This document shows positions 39,843 through 49,435 of a stretch of 64,000 bases of DNA, piece by piece. Position 1 is the first letter of the stretch; every line of letters starts with the position of its first letter. The stretch lies in NCBI GenBank assembly GCA_963727805.1, contig CAVSHF010000003.1, positions 2,048,001 to 2,112,000 of the forward strand, read 5' to 3'. Origin of the DNA: an uncultured Nitrospiraceae bacterium. Its GTDB lineage: Bacteria > Nitrospirota > Thermodesulfovibrionia > Thermodesulfovibrionales > Dissulfurispiraceae. The translations under genes and the position numbers were made by a program. Under the pieces are notes generated by a model that saw only the letters and a program-made list of their open reading frames with translations, did not search any database and was not told the DNA's origin.

Positions 39843-41549
39843 ATGATAAAGAAGATTGCATCGATACTAGTGCTTATAGCATGTATCCCGACACTGTCGC
39901 TCTCCTATGCAGCAGAGAAAAGCGGACCTACGGTAAGCCCGCTTTCCTCCTCGCTGAACACCCTAAAAGAGGAAATCCTTTCGTACTTCATCCCCGTCTC
40001 CGGAAATATAAGCAGGGTAGAAGGCCAAACAGTATCCCTTGATAAAGGCTCATCCGCTTCGATAAGGAGCGGCATGCGGATTACTGCATTCAAAGAAGGC
40101 GATAGTTTCATCCATCCCGTCACCAAAGAGCCTCTGGGTAAGATGGAACTGCCCGTTGGCAATATCGAGATAGTCTCTACGGATGTCGCCTCTGCCAACG
40201 GAACTATTATTTCGGGCAAGTCTGAGAGTTTTCAGGGAGCGAAAATCAAGATACCAGAACGAAAGTTGCGGCTTCTATTCTATCAGGGCAATCTTGATTG
40301 GTATCTTGGGGATGCTTATTACCGCTCCCTGCTCGATTCGGGCAGATTCGAGCTCGTAGATACGGGACTCCAGACTGCCACCGTTACCGAGATAATTGCC
40401 GAAGCGAAAGCAAAGGGTGCCGAGGTGGCGGTTGTCCTCAACTCCGAGGAGATGAAGGATAGCGTTGAGGTGACGCAAAAGCTTTACTGGGTCAGCGATG
40501 GCAAACAATTTTCTGACACAAAGACCTCGGTCCATGTTGCATCAGTCAAACAGCTCAAATTCTCCGCTGGTCTCTTCGCTCCCCGTGAAGGCGAGGCACT
40601 CCTGACATATAAACTGCCCTTCGGCGCAAGGCGTATAGCCGTGGGCGATTTTGATGGTAACGGCAATCCAGATATCGTACTAGCCTCGGGAGACAATGTC
40701 TCAATCTACAAGCCTGACTTGGACCTGAAACTATTATGGGTAGTCGACGTCCCTAGCGCTGATGATGTCCTTTGGATCGATACCCTCGACGTTAAAAAAA
40801 ATGGAAAAGACATGCTGCTCGTTACCACTATCCAGAAGGGCAATGTAAACTCATACATTTATGAGTTACAGGGGAATGCCTTCAAGATGGTATGGAAGGC
40901 CGAGGATATGTTCATCAGAAAAGTCGAAAACAGCATTATCAGCCAAGGCTTTTCAAAGGGAGAAGGATTTGACGGCAAGATGTATACGATCAATTATTCA
41001 AATGGCCGCTTTGTGAAGGGAGACGAATTCAGGATGCCGAAAGGCATTTTTATTTTCGATTTTCAGTATGTTTACGCACCTGACGGCAGAAGGGCGTTCT
41101 TTGCGTGGGATGAAACAGGCTATCTTAACTTTTATAATGATAAGGGAATACGCACCTGGGCGAGTAGAGAGGACTTCGGCGGCTTTGCTGATTCCTACCA
41201 GAAGGAGTCTCAAATCATAATGATTGATAAGGGCAGTTGGTCGATAAAGGACAGGCTCGTTGCGAATAATGCGGAGGTCCTTGCTCCGAAACGTAAATCG
41301 ATGATCAGCTTTGCTAGGAGTGTCGGGTACTCAGGCTCGGAAATCAGAAGCTTCTGGTGGAATGGAATCACAGTGGAAGAGAAGGGCTTCCTCGAAGAGA
41401 TGAGCGGAAACATCCTCGATTATGCTGTGGTCGGCGACCGGATTCTGGTGTTAGTTAAACCTTACCTTCTGGGCCAAGCCAAATCCATTTTGAAAGGACA
41501 AAACCCCACGGGAATGAAGCTCTACGTCTTTTCGACCAAAGGAAGATAA
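39843..41549 (+). CDS. Exported FG-GAP/VCBS-repeat protein
   Basis: Signal peptide; IAVGDFDGNGNPDIVLA and DVKKNGKDMLLV repeats; N-terminal IHPVTKEPLG beta domain. Confidence 0.75.
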   Translation: MIKKIASILVLIACIPTLSLSYAAEKSGPTVSPLSSSLNTLKEEILSYFIPVSGNISRVEGQTVSLDKGSSASIRSGMRITAFKEGDSFIHPVTKEPLGKMELPVGNIEIVSTDVASANGTIISGKSESFQGAKIKIPERKLRLLFYQGNLDWYLGDAYYRSLLDSGRFELVDTGLQTATVTEIIAEAKAKGAEVAVVLNSEEMKDSVEVTQKLYWVSDGKQFSDTKTSVHVASVKQLKFSAGLFAPREGEALLTYKLPFGARRIAVGDFDGNGNPDIVLASGDNVSIYKPDLDLKLLWVVDVPSADDVLWIDTLDVKKNGKDMLLVTTIQKGNVNSYIYELQGNAFKMVWKAEDMFIRKVENSIISQGFSKGEGFDGKMYTINYSNGRFVKGDEFRMPKGIFIFDFQYVYAPDGRRAFFAWDETGYLNFYNDKGIRTWASREDFGGFADSYQKESQIIMIDKGSWSIKDRLVANNAEVLAPKRKSMISFARSVGYSGSEIRSFWWNGITVEEKGFLEEMSGNILDYAVVGDRILVLVKPYLLGQAKSILKGQNPTGMKLYVFSTKGR

Positions 41550-41597
41550 CATTGATACGGCCCTTTTCAGGTCGGGGTCCATCTCTGAGGTGATGTT

Positions 41598-42317
41598 GTG
41601 AAAGAACGAGCCATCCCCAATCATGTCGGCATCATTATGGACGGCAACGGCCGCTGGGCGGAGTTGAGAGGTCTGCCCCGCTCCGAAGGCCATAAGAGGG
41701 GCGTGGAAAGGGTTTCTGAAATCGCGAGGTCTGCTTGTGGGGTCGGAGTAAAAGCCCTCTCTCTCTATGCCTTTTCGCTCGAGAATTGGAAAAGGCCCGA
41801 ATCCGAGATATCCGTTCTCATGAAGCTTCTTGAGACCTTTCTGATAAACGACCTGGACAATTTCATGAAAGACAGCATAAGGTTCAGGGTAATCGGGAAC
41901 ATGGAAAAGCTGCCTGAACATATCAAAGCCCTGATTGTGCATGTCGAAAAAGTGACAGAGAACAATTCTCGACTTATTCTGCAATGCGCACTGAGCTATG
42001 GTGGCAGAGACGAGATCATCAGGGCCGTGAAAAAGATTGTCCGGTCGGGTATCCCCGCTGAAGAAATTACCGAAGAAAGTCTCGGTAGCCTCATGGATAC
42101 GGCGGGAATGGCTGACCCTGATCTCATTATCAGGACAAGTGGGGAGCAGCGCCTCAGCAATTTTCTTCTATGGCAGTCGGCTTATTCTGAATTCTTATTT
42201 ACCAGTACCCTATGGCCGGACTTTACTAAAGAGGAGTTCCTAGAGGCGCTCTATCAATATCAGATGAGAGACCGGAGGTTCGGCAAGGTCAAGGACGGTA
42301 CGATTCAATGCTCCTGA
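41598..42317 (+). CDS. uppS: Undecaprenyl diphosphate synthase
   Basis: HVGIIMDGNGRWA, YAFSLENWKRP, IRTSGEQRLSNFLLWQ. Confidence 0.96.
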   Translation: MKERAIPNHVGIIMDGNGRWAELRGLPRSEGHKRGVERVSEIARSACGVGVKALSLYAFSLENWKRPESEISVLMKLLETFLINDLDNFMKDSIRFRVIGNMEKLPEHIKALIVHVEKVTENNSRLILQCALSYGGRDEIIRAVKKIVRSGIPAEEITEESLGSLMDTAGMADPDLIIRTSGEQRLSNFLLWQSAYSEFLFTSTLWPDFTKEEFLEALYQYQMRDRRFGKVKDGTIQCS

Positions 42318-43102
42318 AGAGAATAGTCGTTGCCCTCGTCGCGATCCCTCTACTTTATTTTTACATAACCAAGTTGCCGCCGGTCTTTTTCCTCGTGTTA
42401 CTAGCCGCATTATCTGCGCTGGCGCAGCATGAATTTTATGCAATGTACCGGACAACAAAGATGATGTCGCTCCTCGGCACGATAGCGGGTATATCCTTGC
42501 TCGCCTCAGCCTATTTTGTCCCAGGGACCGCACCGGAGAGATTCCTGCCGATGCTCTTTATTCTTGTTTTCATATCTATTTCTTCGGCCAGACTATTCAC
42601 AACAAAAAACCCCTCATCCGCTTTAAAAGACATGGCGCCAGTAGTAATTGGCTTTTTTTATATCCCTTTGCTCCTACTTCCTCTTTGGTATCTGAGACTC
42701 GACGGCTATGAATGGATATTTCTCCTTTGCCTTTGTGTATGGAGCTCAGACACTTTTGCATATTACATCGGCAGCAAAATTGGGAAGAGAAAGCTTTATA
42801 AAGAGGTAAGCCCCAATAAAACCGTAGAAGGGGCCTTCGGTTCCGTCGCCGGCGGCATCATAGCTTCTTTACTTTTCGGGAGTTTCCTGATCAAAGAGGC
42901 TGGGGTACTCACTCTGTTGTTGATTGGCGCCGTCCTTGGTGCAGTAACAATCGTGGGAGACTTGGTGGAATCGATGTTCAAGAGGGATGCGAGGATCAAG
43001 GATTCGGGCACCCTGATCCCGGGTCATGGCGGAGTGCTCGACAGGATCGACAGCATTCTCTTTGCAGCACCAGCGCTTTATCTGCTGAGATTGATAATAT
43101 GA
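42308..43102 (+). CDS. cdsA: Phosphatidate cytidylyltransferase
   Basis: SPNKTVEG, GDLVESMFKR, KDSGTLIPGHGGVLDRIDS. Confidence 0.96.
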   Translation: MLLKRIVVALVAIPLLYFYITKLPPVFFLVLLAALSALAQHEFYAMYRTTKMMSLLGTIAGISLLASAYFVPGTAPERFLPMLFILVFISISSARLFTTKNPSSALKDMAPVVIGFFYIPLLLLPLWYLRLDGYEWIFLLCLCVWSSDTFAYYIGSKIGKRKLYKEVSPNKTVEGAFGSVAGGIIASLLFGSFLIKEAGVLTLLLIGAVLGAVTIVGDLVESMFKRDARIKDSGTLIPGHGGVLDRIDSILFAAPALYLLRLII

Positions 43103-44256
43103 AAAACATTGTCATACTCGGATCGACAGGCTCCATCGGCACGAGCGCTCTCAGCGTCATAGCGAAATTCCCGGACCTTTTTAGAGTTGTTGGCCTAGCC
43201 GCCGGGAAGAACACTGAACTATTGCGCAAACAGATCATTCAGTTCAAACCGAAACTCGTTGCGATGTCCGATAGCAACGCCTGCCGTGATCTTAAAGAAT
43301 CATTCGCGGGACATGGTGGGTCTCCGGAATTCCTCAGCGGCATTGAAGGAACCAGTGCCATCGCAGGCATGAAGGAGGCCGATACTGTGATCTCGGCTAT
43401 TGTCGGAGCTGCAGGCCTGCTTCCAACTCTGGCTGCAATCAAGGCAGGCAAGACTGTTGCGCTTGCGAATAAAGAAACACTGGTTATGGCAGGCGCTATC
43501 GTCACCTCGGAAGTGAGAAATTCCGGCGCGCAGCTATTTCCGGTCGACAGCGAGCACAGCGCCCTTTTCCAGTGCATGAATGGCTCTAAAAAACACTCGA
43601 TTAAAAGATTGATTCTCACTGCTTCGGGCGGTCCGTTTCTCGGCAAAAAAACTTGGGAACTCATGAAGATGTCCGCCTCCGACGCGCTGCGACATCCCAA
43701 CTGGCAGATGGGGAGAAAGATCTCCATCGATTCCGCCACGCTCATGAACAAAGGACTCGAGGTAATCGAGGCGAGTTATCTCTTCGATATTCCCATCGAC
43801 AGAATCGACGTCCTTATTCATCCGCAAAGTATCGTACATTCGATCGTCGAATTCGCCGACGGCAGTTGCCTTGCCCAGCTCTCAAAACCGGATATGAAAG
43901 GCCCCATAGCATATGCCCTCTCGTTTCCCGAAAGGCTGGATGAGGTCATGGAGCCTCTGGATTGGGTGAAGATCTCAGGTCTTACTTTCCAACAGCCTGA
44001 TACCGAGACGTTCCCCTGCCTCTCCCTCGCCTATGCCGCAGGGAACAGGGGGGGTACCATGCCTGCGGTCCTCAATGCAGCAAATGAAGTTGTTGTTCAC
44101 GCATTTCTCGACGGCCTTACCGGCTTCAATGACATACCTGTTATAATAAAAAAGACGATGGATGCCCATGAAGTGAAAGAGGTGCGCCAACTCGACGTTG
44201 TTCTTGAAGCCGACAGGTGGGCGCGAGGTAAAGCTTTGGAGGTTCTAAAAGGATGA
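43099..44256 (+). CDS. dxr: 1-deoxy-D-xylulose-5-phosphate reductoisomerase
   Basis: LGSTGSIG, LANKE, PVDSEH, HPNWQMG.KISIDSATLMNKGLE. Confidence 0.97.
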   Translation: MKNIVILGSTGSIGTSALSVIAKFPDLFRVVGLAAGKNTELLRKQIIQFKPKLVAMSDSNACRDLKESFAGHGGSPEFLSGIEGTSAIAGMKEADTVISAIVGAAGLLPTLAAIKAGKTVALANKETLVMAGAIVTSEVRNSGAQLFPVDSEHSALFQCMNGSKKHSIKRLILTASGGPFLGKKTWELMKMSASDALRHPNWQMGRKISIDSATLMNKGLEVIEASYLFDIPIDRIDVLIHPQSIVHSIVEFADGSCLAQLSKPDMKGPIAYALSFPERLDEVMEPLDWVKISGLTFQQPDTETFPCLSLAYAAGNRGGTMPAVLNAANEVVVHAFLDGLTGFNDIPVIIKKTMDAHEVKEVRQLDVVLEADRWARGKALEVLKG

Positions 44257-45353
44257 ACATAGTATTGGCCGCACTGCTGTTCGGCATCCTTATATTCGTA
44301 CACGAGCTGGGGCACTTCATTTTCGCCAAGCTCTGTAACGTCAAGGTGCTCAAGTTTTCGCTGGGATTCGGTCCGCGGATAGTCGGGAAAAGGATAGGGG
44401 AAACGGAATATGTAGTCTCCGCCGTTCCGCTCGGCGGATATGTGAAGATGTACGGAGAAGATGTCGGAGATGAGGTCTCAGAGCAGGATAACGATCGCTC
44501 ATTCAAGAGCCAGGCCCTCTGGAAAAAAGCGGTAATCGTCCTTGCCGGCCCTGTCTTTAATATCCTTTTGACTTTTGGCCTTTATACCTCTCTTCTGGCA
44601 ACCGGTATTGAAGTGCCGGTCCCTGATCTCAAGAATCTCATGCCGGTTGTTGACGAGGTAGACCCTAGCTATCCTGCCGCCGCGGCGGGTCTCATCAAAG
44701 GGGACAAGATCATGCGGATCGGCGGTAGCGAGATCAATACCTGGATCGATATCATCAACATGGTAGGGACGAATCCGGCAAAACCGCTGGAGTTTGTTGT
44801 ACAGAGAGGAGATCAGCTTTATACGTTGACAATCACACCTCGGGCAATTCAGGAAAAAGACCGCTCCGGCCAGCCCATTACAATAGGTCGCATCGGGATC
44901 AGGAAAAGCGGGCAAGGACTCTACACTTTTATCAAGAGTGTCTCGATTTTCGATGTGCCGATGAAAGGAGCATTTGCAACGTACAAAATGGGGACAGTTA
45001 TTTTCGATTCGATCCGGATGACAATTAACGGGGAAATATCAGTCAGGAATCTCGGTGGTCCCATAAGTATTTTCACCGAATCGAGCAAGGCGGCTTCCGC
45101 CGGCTTCATCACGTACTTCCTATTCATGGCACTCGTCAGCGTTAACCTCGGTGTACTGAACCTGTTGCCCATCCCAGTTCTTGACGGTGGACATCTGCTC
45201 TTTATGGGGATAGAAGCGATAAAAGGAGGACCGGTGAGCGATACGGTCGTTGCAATCTCTCAGCGCATCGGGATTGCCCTGCTTCTTGCGCTGATGATAC
45301 TGGTCATGTATAACGATATCTTCAGGCTCATCGCTCAGAAGGCAGCGCCCTAA
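44253..45353 (+). CDS. rseP: RIP metalloprotease RseP
   Basis: HELGH, PLGGYVKM, PDZ domain, NLLPIPVLDGG. Confidence 0.95.
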   Translation: MNIVLAALLFGILIFVHELGHFIFAKLCNVKVLKFSLGFGPRIVGKRIGETEYVVSAVPLGGYVKMYGEDVGDEVSEQDNDRSFKSQALWKKAVIVLAGPVFNILLTFGLYTSLLATGIEVPVPDLKNLMPVVDEVDPSYPAAAAGLIKGDKIMRIGGSEINTWIDIINMVGTNPAKPLEFVVQRGDQLYTLTITPRAIQEKDRSGQPITIGRIGIRKSGQGLYTFIKSVSIFDVPMKGAFATYKMGTVIFDSIRMTINGEISVRNLGGPISIFTESSKAASAGFITYFLFMALVSVNLGVLNLLPIPVLDGGHLLFMGIEAIKGGPVSDTVVAISQRIGIALLLALMILVMYNDIFRLIAQKAAP

Positions 45354-45793
45354 TGAAGCCGGCGGCCATCAGATATCTTCATTCAGCAGGTGGTATAATC
45401 TTCAGGAGGTCTGGTGATCTCGTTGATGTAGCCCTGATCGCCACAAAAAAAAAGACAGTCTGGACCCTACCGAAAGGAATTATCGACAAAAACGAAAGCC
45501 CCGAGATGGCAGCGGTGAGGGAAATACAGGAAGAAACAGGCCTTACAGGCGCTATCCTCGATCAGATAGGAGAAAAATCATACTGGTTTTATCTAAAGGA
45601 TGAAAACGCCAAGTGCAAAAAGACAGTGACCTATTTCCTTCTCGAGTATATTTCCGGAGATACATCTAACTTCAGTTGGGAGGTAGATGAAGCTCGGTGG
45701 TTCCCTATCGAAGAAGCTTCCGGATTGCTTGCATACAGGAGCGATAGAGAGGTTCTGTTTAAGGCCATCGAAAAAATCTCTCAGATCAAATAA
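45353..45793 (+). CDS. NUDIX hydrolase
   Basis: Nudix box [23 protein letters not shown]. Confidence 0.92.
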   Translation: MKPAAIRYLHSAGGIIFRRSGDLVDVALIATKKKTVWTLPKGIIDKNESPEMAAVREIQEETGLTGAILDQIGEKSYWFYLKDENAKCKKTVTYFLLEYISGDTSNFSWEVDEARWFPIEEASGLLAYRSDREVLFKAIEKISQIK

Positions 45794-46275
45794 TGGGGAA
45801 AATACTTTTCCTGGATGCTTTAAAAAAAGAACTAGCCGCTCATAGAGCGCAGGGGAAGCGGACCGTCTTCACGAACGGCTGTTTCGATATCGTGCATGTC
45901 GGCCATGTCCGCTATCTCAGGGAAGCAAAGGCACTGGGCGATATCCTTGTTATCGGACTCAATTCCGATGCCTCTGTCGGAAGACTGAAACAGGGACGAC
46001 CTGTGAACCCCGAGGATCAGAGGGCCGAGGTCCTTGCGTCTCTTGCTATGGTCGATTACGTAACTATTTTCAGCGAAGACACGCCGTATGAATTAATTAA
46101 ATCACTGATGCCCGAGATCCTTGTAAAAGGCGGCGACTGGAGAAAGGAAGATATCGTAGGAGCCGATCTAGTTGCGGAAGTACACAGCCTGCCGTTCATT
46201 GCCGGTATTTCGACCACGAACATTATTAAGAGGATCCAGTCACTTCGCCCACAAAACTGTTCTAGCACTACCTAA
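45793..46275 (+). CDS. rfaE2: Heptose 1-phosphate adenylyltransferase (HldE domain II)
   Basis: [34 protein letters not shown]. Confidence 0.93.
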   Translation: MGKILFLDALKKELAAHRAQGKRTVFTNGCFDIVHVGHVRYLREAKALGDILVIGLNSDASVGRLKQGRPVNPEDQRAEVLASLAMVDYVTIFSEDTPYELIKSLMPEILVKGGDWRKEDIVGADLVAEVHSLPFIAGISTTNIIKRIQSLRPQNCSSTT

Positions 46276-46455
46276 TGCGTTCATAGCATAAGCACTCGTT
46301 GCTCATTTTCGCTTTCATTGCATCTTCCGTGACAAAAAATATCGACAAACCGCAATTATGGATAAAAACCAAATACTTTTTCCGATTGAAAAAAAAACCA
46401 TTAAAGCGTAAGATTATATTAGAAAAAGTGATCGCTCTTATCGTGGAGGTGTCTT

Positions 46456-46980
46456 GTGGATGCACTGGTAACTAAGAAAATGGCGGGTGGGGGACCCTCC
46501 GCAGGAGGCATGTCCGAAATACTTCAATTGGTAACTTTCAGGCTCGGGAATGAGGAGTATGCGGTCGATATCCTCAAGGTCCAGGAGATAAATAGGATGA
46601 AGGAGATCACACGCGTCCCCAATACTCCCGCTTACGTGGAGGGCGTCATCAATCTACGAGGAAAAGTTATCCCCGTCATTAATCTCAGAAGTAAATTCAG
46701 TCTTACCGACAAAGACAATGACACACAGTCCAGGATAATGATCATGGATATACAGGGCATCACAATGGGACTCGTCGTCGATGCAGTATCGGAAGTCCTC
46801 AGGATTCCCGCCAATATCGTTGAGCCAACGCCTCCGATGGCGTCGAATATCAGCACCGAATTTATAAAGGGAATCGCTAAACTTGAAGACAGGCTTATCA
46901 TCCTCCTCGACATGGACATGCTCGTGGGGAAGGCCGAAGAGACAACATTGCTGGAATCTGCGACGAAAGGCATCGAGTAA
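46456..46980 (+). CDS. cheW: Chemotaxis coupling protein CheW
   Basis: QLVTFRLGNEEYAVDI, GVINLRGKVIPVI, GLVVDAVSEV; alternative ATG at 46510. Confidence 0.95.
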   Translation: MDALVTKKMAGGGPSAGGMSEILQLVTFRLGNEEYAVDILKVQEINRMKEITRVPNTPAYVEGVINLRGKVIPVINLRSKFSLTDKDNDTQSRIMIMDIQGITMGLVVDAVSEVLRIPANIVEPTPPMASNISTEFIKGIAKLEDRLIILLDMDMLVGKAEETTLLESATKGIE

Positions 46981-46990
46981 GCTAAGTTGG

Positions 46991-47467
46991 TTAAAGCTTT
47001 GCAGGAATAAGCAGGCAGACCGCCTGAGCTGCCAATCCTTCTTCCCTTCCGATAAAACCCATGGTTTCGTTGGTCTTTGCCTTGATATTAATGATGCCGG
47101 AAGGAATTCCAGCATGCAAAAGCGCTTGTTTCATCCTATCAATATACACGGTCAACTTTGGCCTTTCGGTAATAATCACGGAGTCGATCCAGGCTACCGC
47201 ATATCCTTCCGCCAACGCCAGATCGATGATCTGCTTCAACATCAGTATACTCGATGCGTCCTTCCAGCGTTTATCGGAATCAGGGAAGTGCTTCCCGATG
47301 TCACCCTTTCCAAGGGCACCGATAACCGCATCGGTAATCGCATGGCAGAGAGCATCGCCATCTGAATGTCCCAGCAGTCCTTTATCAAAAGGGATCTCAA
47401 TACCACCGAGGATAAGCTTTCTTCCCTCGACAAACCGGTGTGAGTCATATCCTATGCCGATGCGCAT
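46991..47467 (-). CDS. ispF: 2-C-methyl-D-erythritol 2,4-cyclodiphosphate synthase
   Basis: RIGIGYDSH, GHSDGD, GDIGKHFPD, KAKTNE. Confidence 0.97.
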   Translation of the reverse strand: MRIGIGYDSHRFVEGRKLILGGIEIPFDKGLLGHSDGDALCHAITDAVIGALGKGDIGKHFPDSDKRWKDASSILMLKQIIDLALAEGYAVAWIDSVIITERPKLTVYIDRMKQALLHAGIPSGIINIKAKTNETMGFIGREEGLAAQAVCLLIPAKL

Positions 47468-47472
47468 GTCCC

Positions 47473-48201
47473 CTAACCTAACCCGGATTCCTGGATCCTG
47501 CTGAGCAGGGCTTCCGCTACATATATATCTTCGGCAGTCGTGATTTTAATGTTCCGGTACGAGCCTGCTACAATCTTGACCCGTCCGCCGCAGCGCTCAA
47601 CAAGAGAGGCATCGTCGGTGCCAACAAACCGATCATCCCGTGCCTTTTCATGTGCCTTCATAATTACCTTGAATGGAAATATCTGCGGTGTCTGAATAGC
47701 ATAAAGAACAGAACGGTCAAGAGTCCTACTGACAAACGCTCCTTCTACTTCCATGGTCCCGGTATCGTCAGTAGCTTCCTTTATCGTGTCCTTGACGGGA
47801 ACACCCGCCACAACGCCGTCACACCCCTCGATTTCCCGGACCGCATTGGCAATCATCTCACCGTCGGCAAAAGGACGGCCACCATCGTGGATAAGGACAA
47901 TCGCTTTATCGTCGGATATCGCACGGAGCCCGCAATAAACCGAGTCCTGCCGCTCCTTCCCTCCGGGCACTATCTGTTTTACTTTTCTTATGCCGTATTT
48001 TTCAGTCAGCTCGGCGGACATCATCAGGTCCTCCTCCTTTACTACCGGGATGATTTCGGTAATCTCCGGCACGGACTGTAGAAGTTCGAGAGACCAGATG
48101 AGAATGGGTTTCCCTGCAAGGAGATAGAAGAGCTTGTTCTTATCACGGCTAAATCGTTTGCCAATTCCTGCGGCAGCCAAAATGGCGATGACCTTCTTCA
48201 C
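47473..48201 (-). CDS. ispD: MEP cytidylyltransferase
   Basis: AAAGIGKR, GGKERQDSV, IHDGGRP, QTPQ, NIKITT. Confidence 0.96.
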   Translation of the reverse strand: MKKVIAILAAAGIGKRFSRDKNKLFYLLAGKPILIWSLELLQSVPEITEIIPVVKEEDLMMSAELTEKYGIRKVKQIVPGGKERQDSVYCGLRAISDDKAIVLIHDGGRPFADGEMIANAVREIEGCDGVVAGVPVKDTIKEATDDTGTMEVEGAFVSRTLDRSVLYAIQTPQIFPFKVIMKAHEKARDDRFVGTDDASLVERCGGRVKIVAGSYRNIKITTAEDIYVAEALLSRIQESGLG

Positions 48202-48202
48202 C

Positions 48203-49192
48203 TTACTCCTCTTCTTTGATTCGCGCGAAGATCATTCTTCCCGCCGTCGTCTGGAGAACGCTCGTCACAGTCAAATCAATATTCTTACCGATCAGCTTGC
48301 GGGCGTTTTCGACCACAACCATGGTGCCGTCATCGAGATAGGCTACTCCCTGATTGTGTTCCTTGCCTTCTTTAGCAATAAAGAGATTGAGCGATTCACC
48401 GGGCAGCACCACGGGCTTGAGGATATTGGCGAGTTCGTTGATATTCAGAACTGATACTCCCTGCAGTTGCGCTACCTTGCTCAAATTGAAATCATTAGTA
48501 ATGATTTTCGCACTAAAAAGTCTTGCGAGAGCTATGAGCTTCGCGTCGACCTCTTTTATCTTTGAAAAGTCTTCTTCGACGATCCTCACCTTGATATTAG
48601 CAAGCTTCTGGATGCGATGAAGGATGTCGAGACCCCTTCTTCCTTTTGTCCTCCGAATGGGGTCGGGGGAATCGGCAATATACTGGAGTTCCTGAAGGAT
48701 AAACTGGGGTATGATAAAGGTGCCCTCGACAAACCCAATCTCGATGACATCTGCTATCCTGCCATCGATAATCACGCTCGTGTCGAGAATCTTCAGGTCT
48801 TCCTCAATTTCCTGGCCCTTGAAGAGACGCATAATGGCCGGAATCGTCATGTTCTTCCCCCTGCCGAGCCCGATGAGCAATCCACTGTACCCCAACACTG
48901 CGCTTAGGATGAAGGACGACAATACCCTGCTATCGTCGGTAAAGAGGAAGGTGAGAGGAAGGAGGAGCAGCTGGGCTGTCAGGATGCCGATTCCGAGGCC
49001 GACGAGACCGCCGAGTACTGAGCCGAAGGAGACATTGTTGAGCCTCGATTCAATGACGAGAAATACAGCCCCCAGAAAGAGCCCTGCCGCAGCCCCCTGA
49101 ACAGGGACATTTGTCTTCATCCCGTATAAGCAACCGGTGAGAACAAAGATGACAATAAATAGTGCCCGAACAAAGAATACCAATGATTTCAC
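48203..49192 (-). CDS. Membrane PIN/TRAM-domain protein (YacL family)
   Basis: TM helices, LDTSVIIDGRI, GRRGLDIL, YLDDGTMVVVE, LQTTAGRMIFA. Confidence 0.93.
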   Translation of the reverse strand: MKSLVFFVRALFIVIFVLTGCLYGMKTNVPVQGAAAGLFLGAVFLVIESRLNNVSFGSVLGGLVGLGIGILTAQLLLLPLTFLFTDDSRVLSSFILSAVLGYSGLLIGLGRGKNMTIPAIMRLFKGQEIEEDLKILDTSVIIDGRIADVIEIGFVEGTFIIPQFILQELQYIADSPDPIRRTKGRRGLDILHRIQKLANIKVRIVEEDFSKIKEVDAKLIALARLFSAKIITNDFNLSKVAQLQGVSVLNINELANILKPVVLPGESLNLFIAKEGKEHNQGVAYLDDGTMVVVENARKLIGKNIDLTVTSVLQTTAGRMIFARIKEEE

Positions 49193-49269
49193 CTCTTAAA
49201 AATATGATGGGAAGAATGCTAAAAAAATAGATTTGTATTATTAATGAATTCATAATAACTATCCCTTTT

Positions 49270-49330
49270 TGTCAGTCCCGCTTGTCGCGAACCCTTAGTA
49301 AAGGAAAGATATTGGACAAACCGCAATGAC
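49270..49330. repeat. Degenerate REP-like palindromic element
   Basis: TGTCAGTCCCGCTTGTC...GGACAAACCGCAATGAC imperfect inverted arms in an intergenic region. Confidence 0.5.
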
Positions 49331-49435
49331 TGTCATCAAAACCACACCCTACCGTTTCTATTATATCAATATTACTGCAGTATTTTATGGGGAATATCAC
49401 TGCGATAAACAAGTTTTGTATATCATTGTGGCAAA

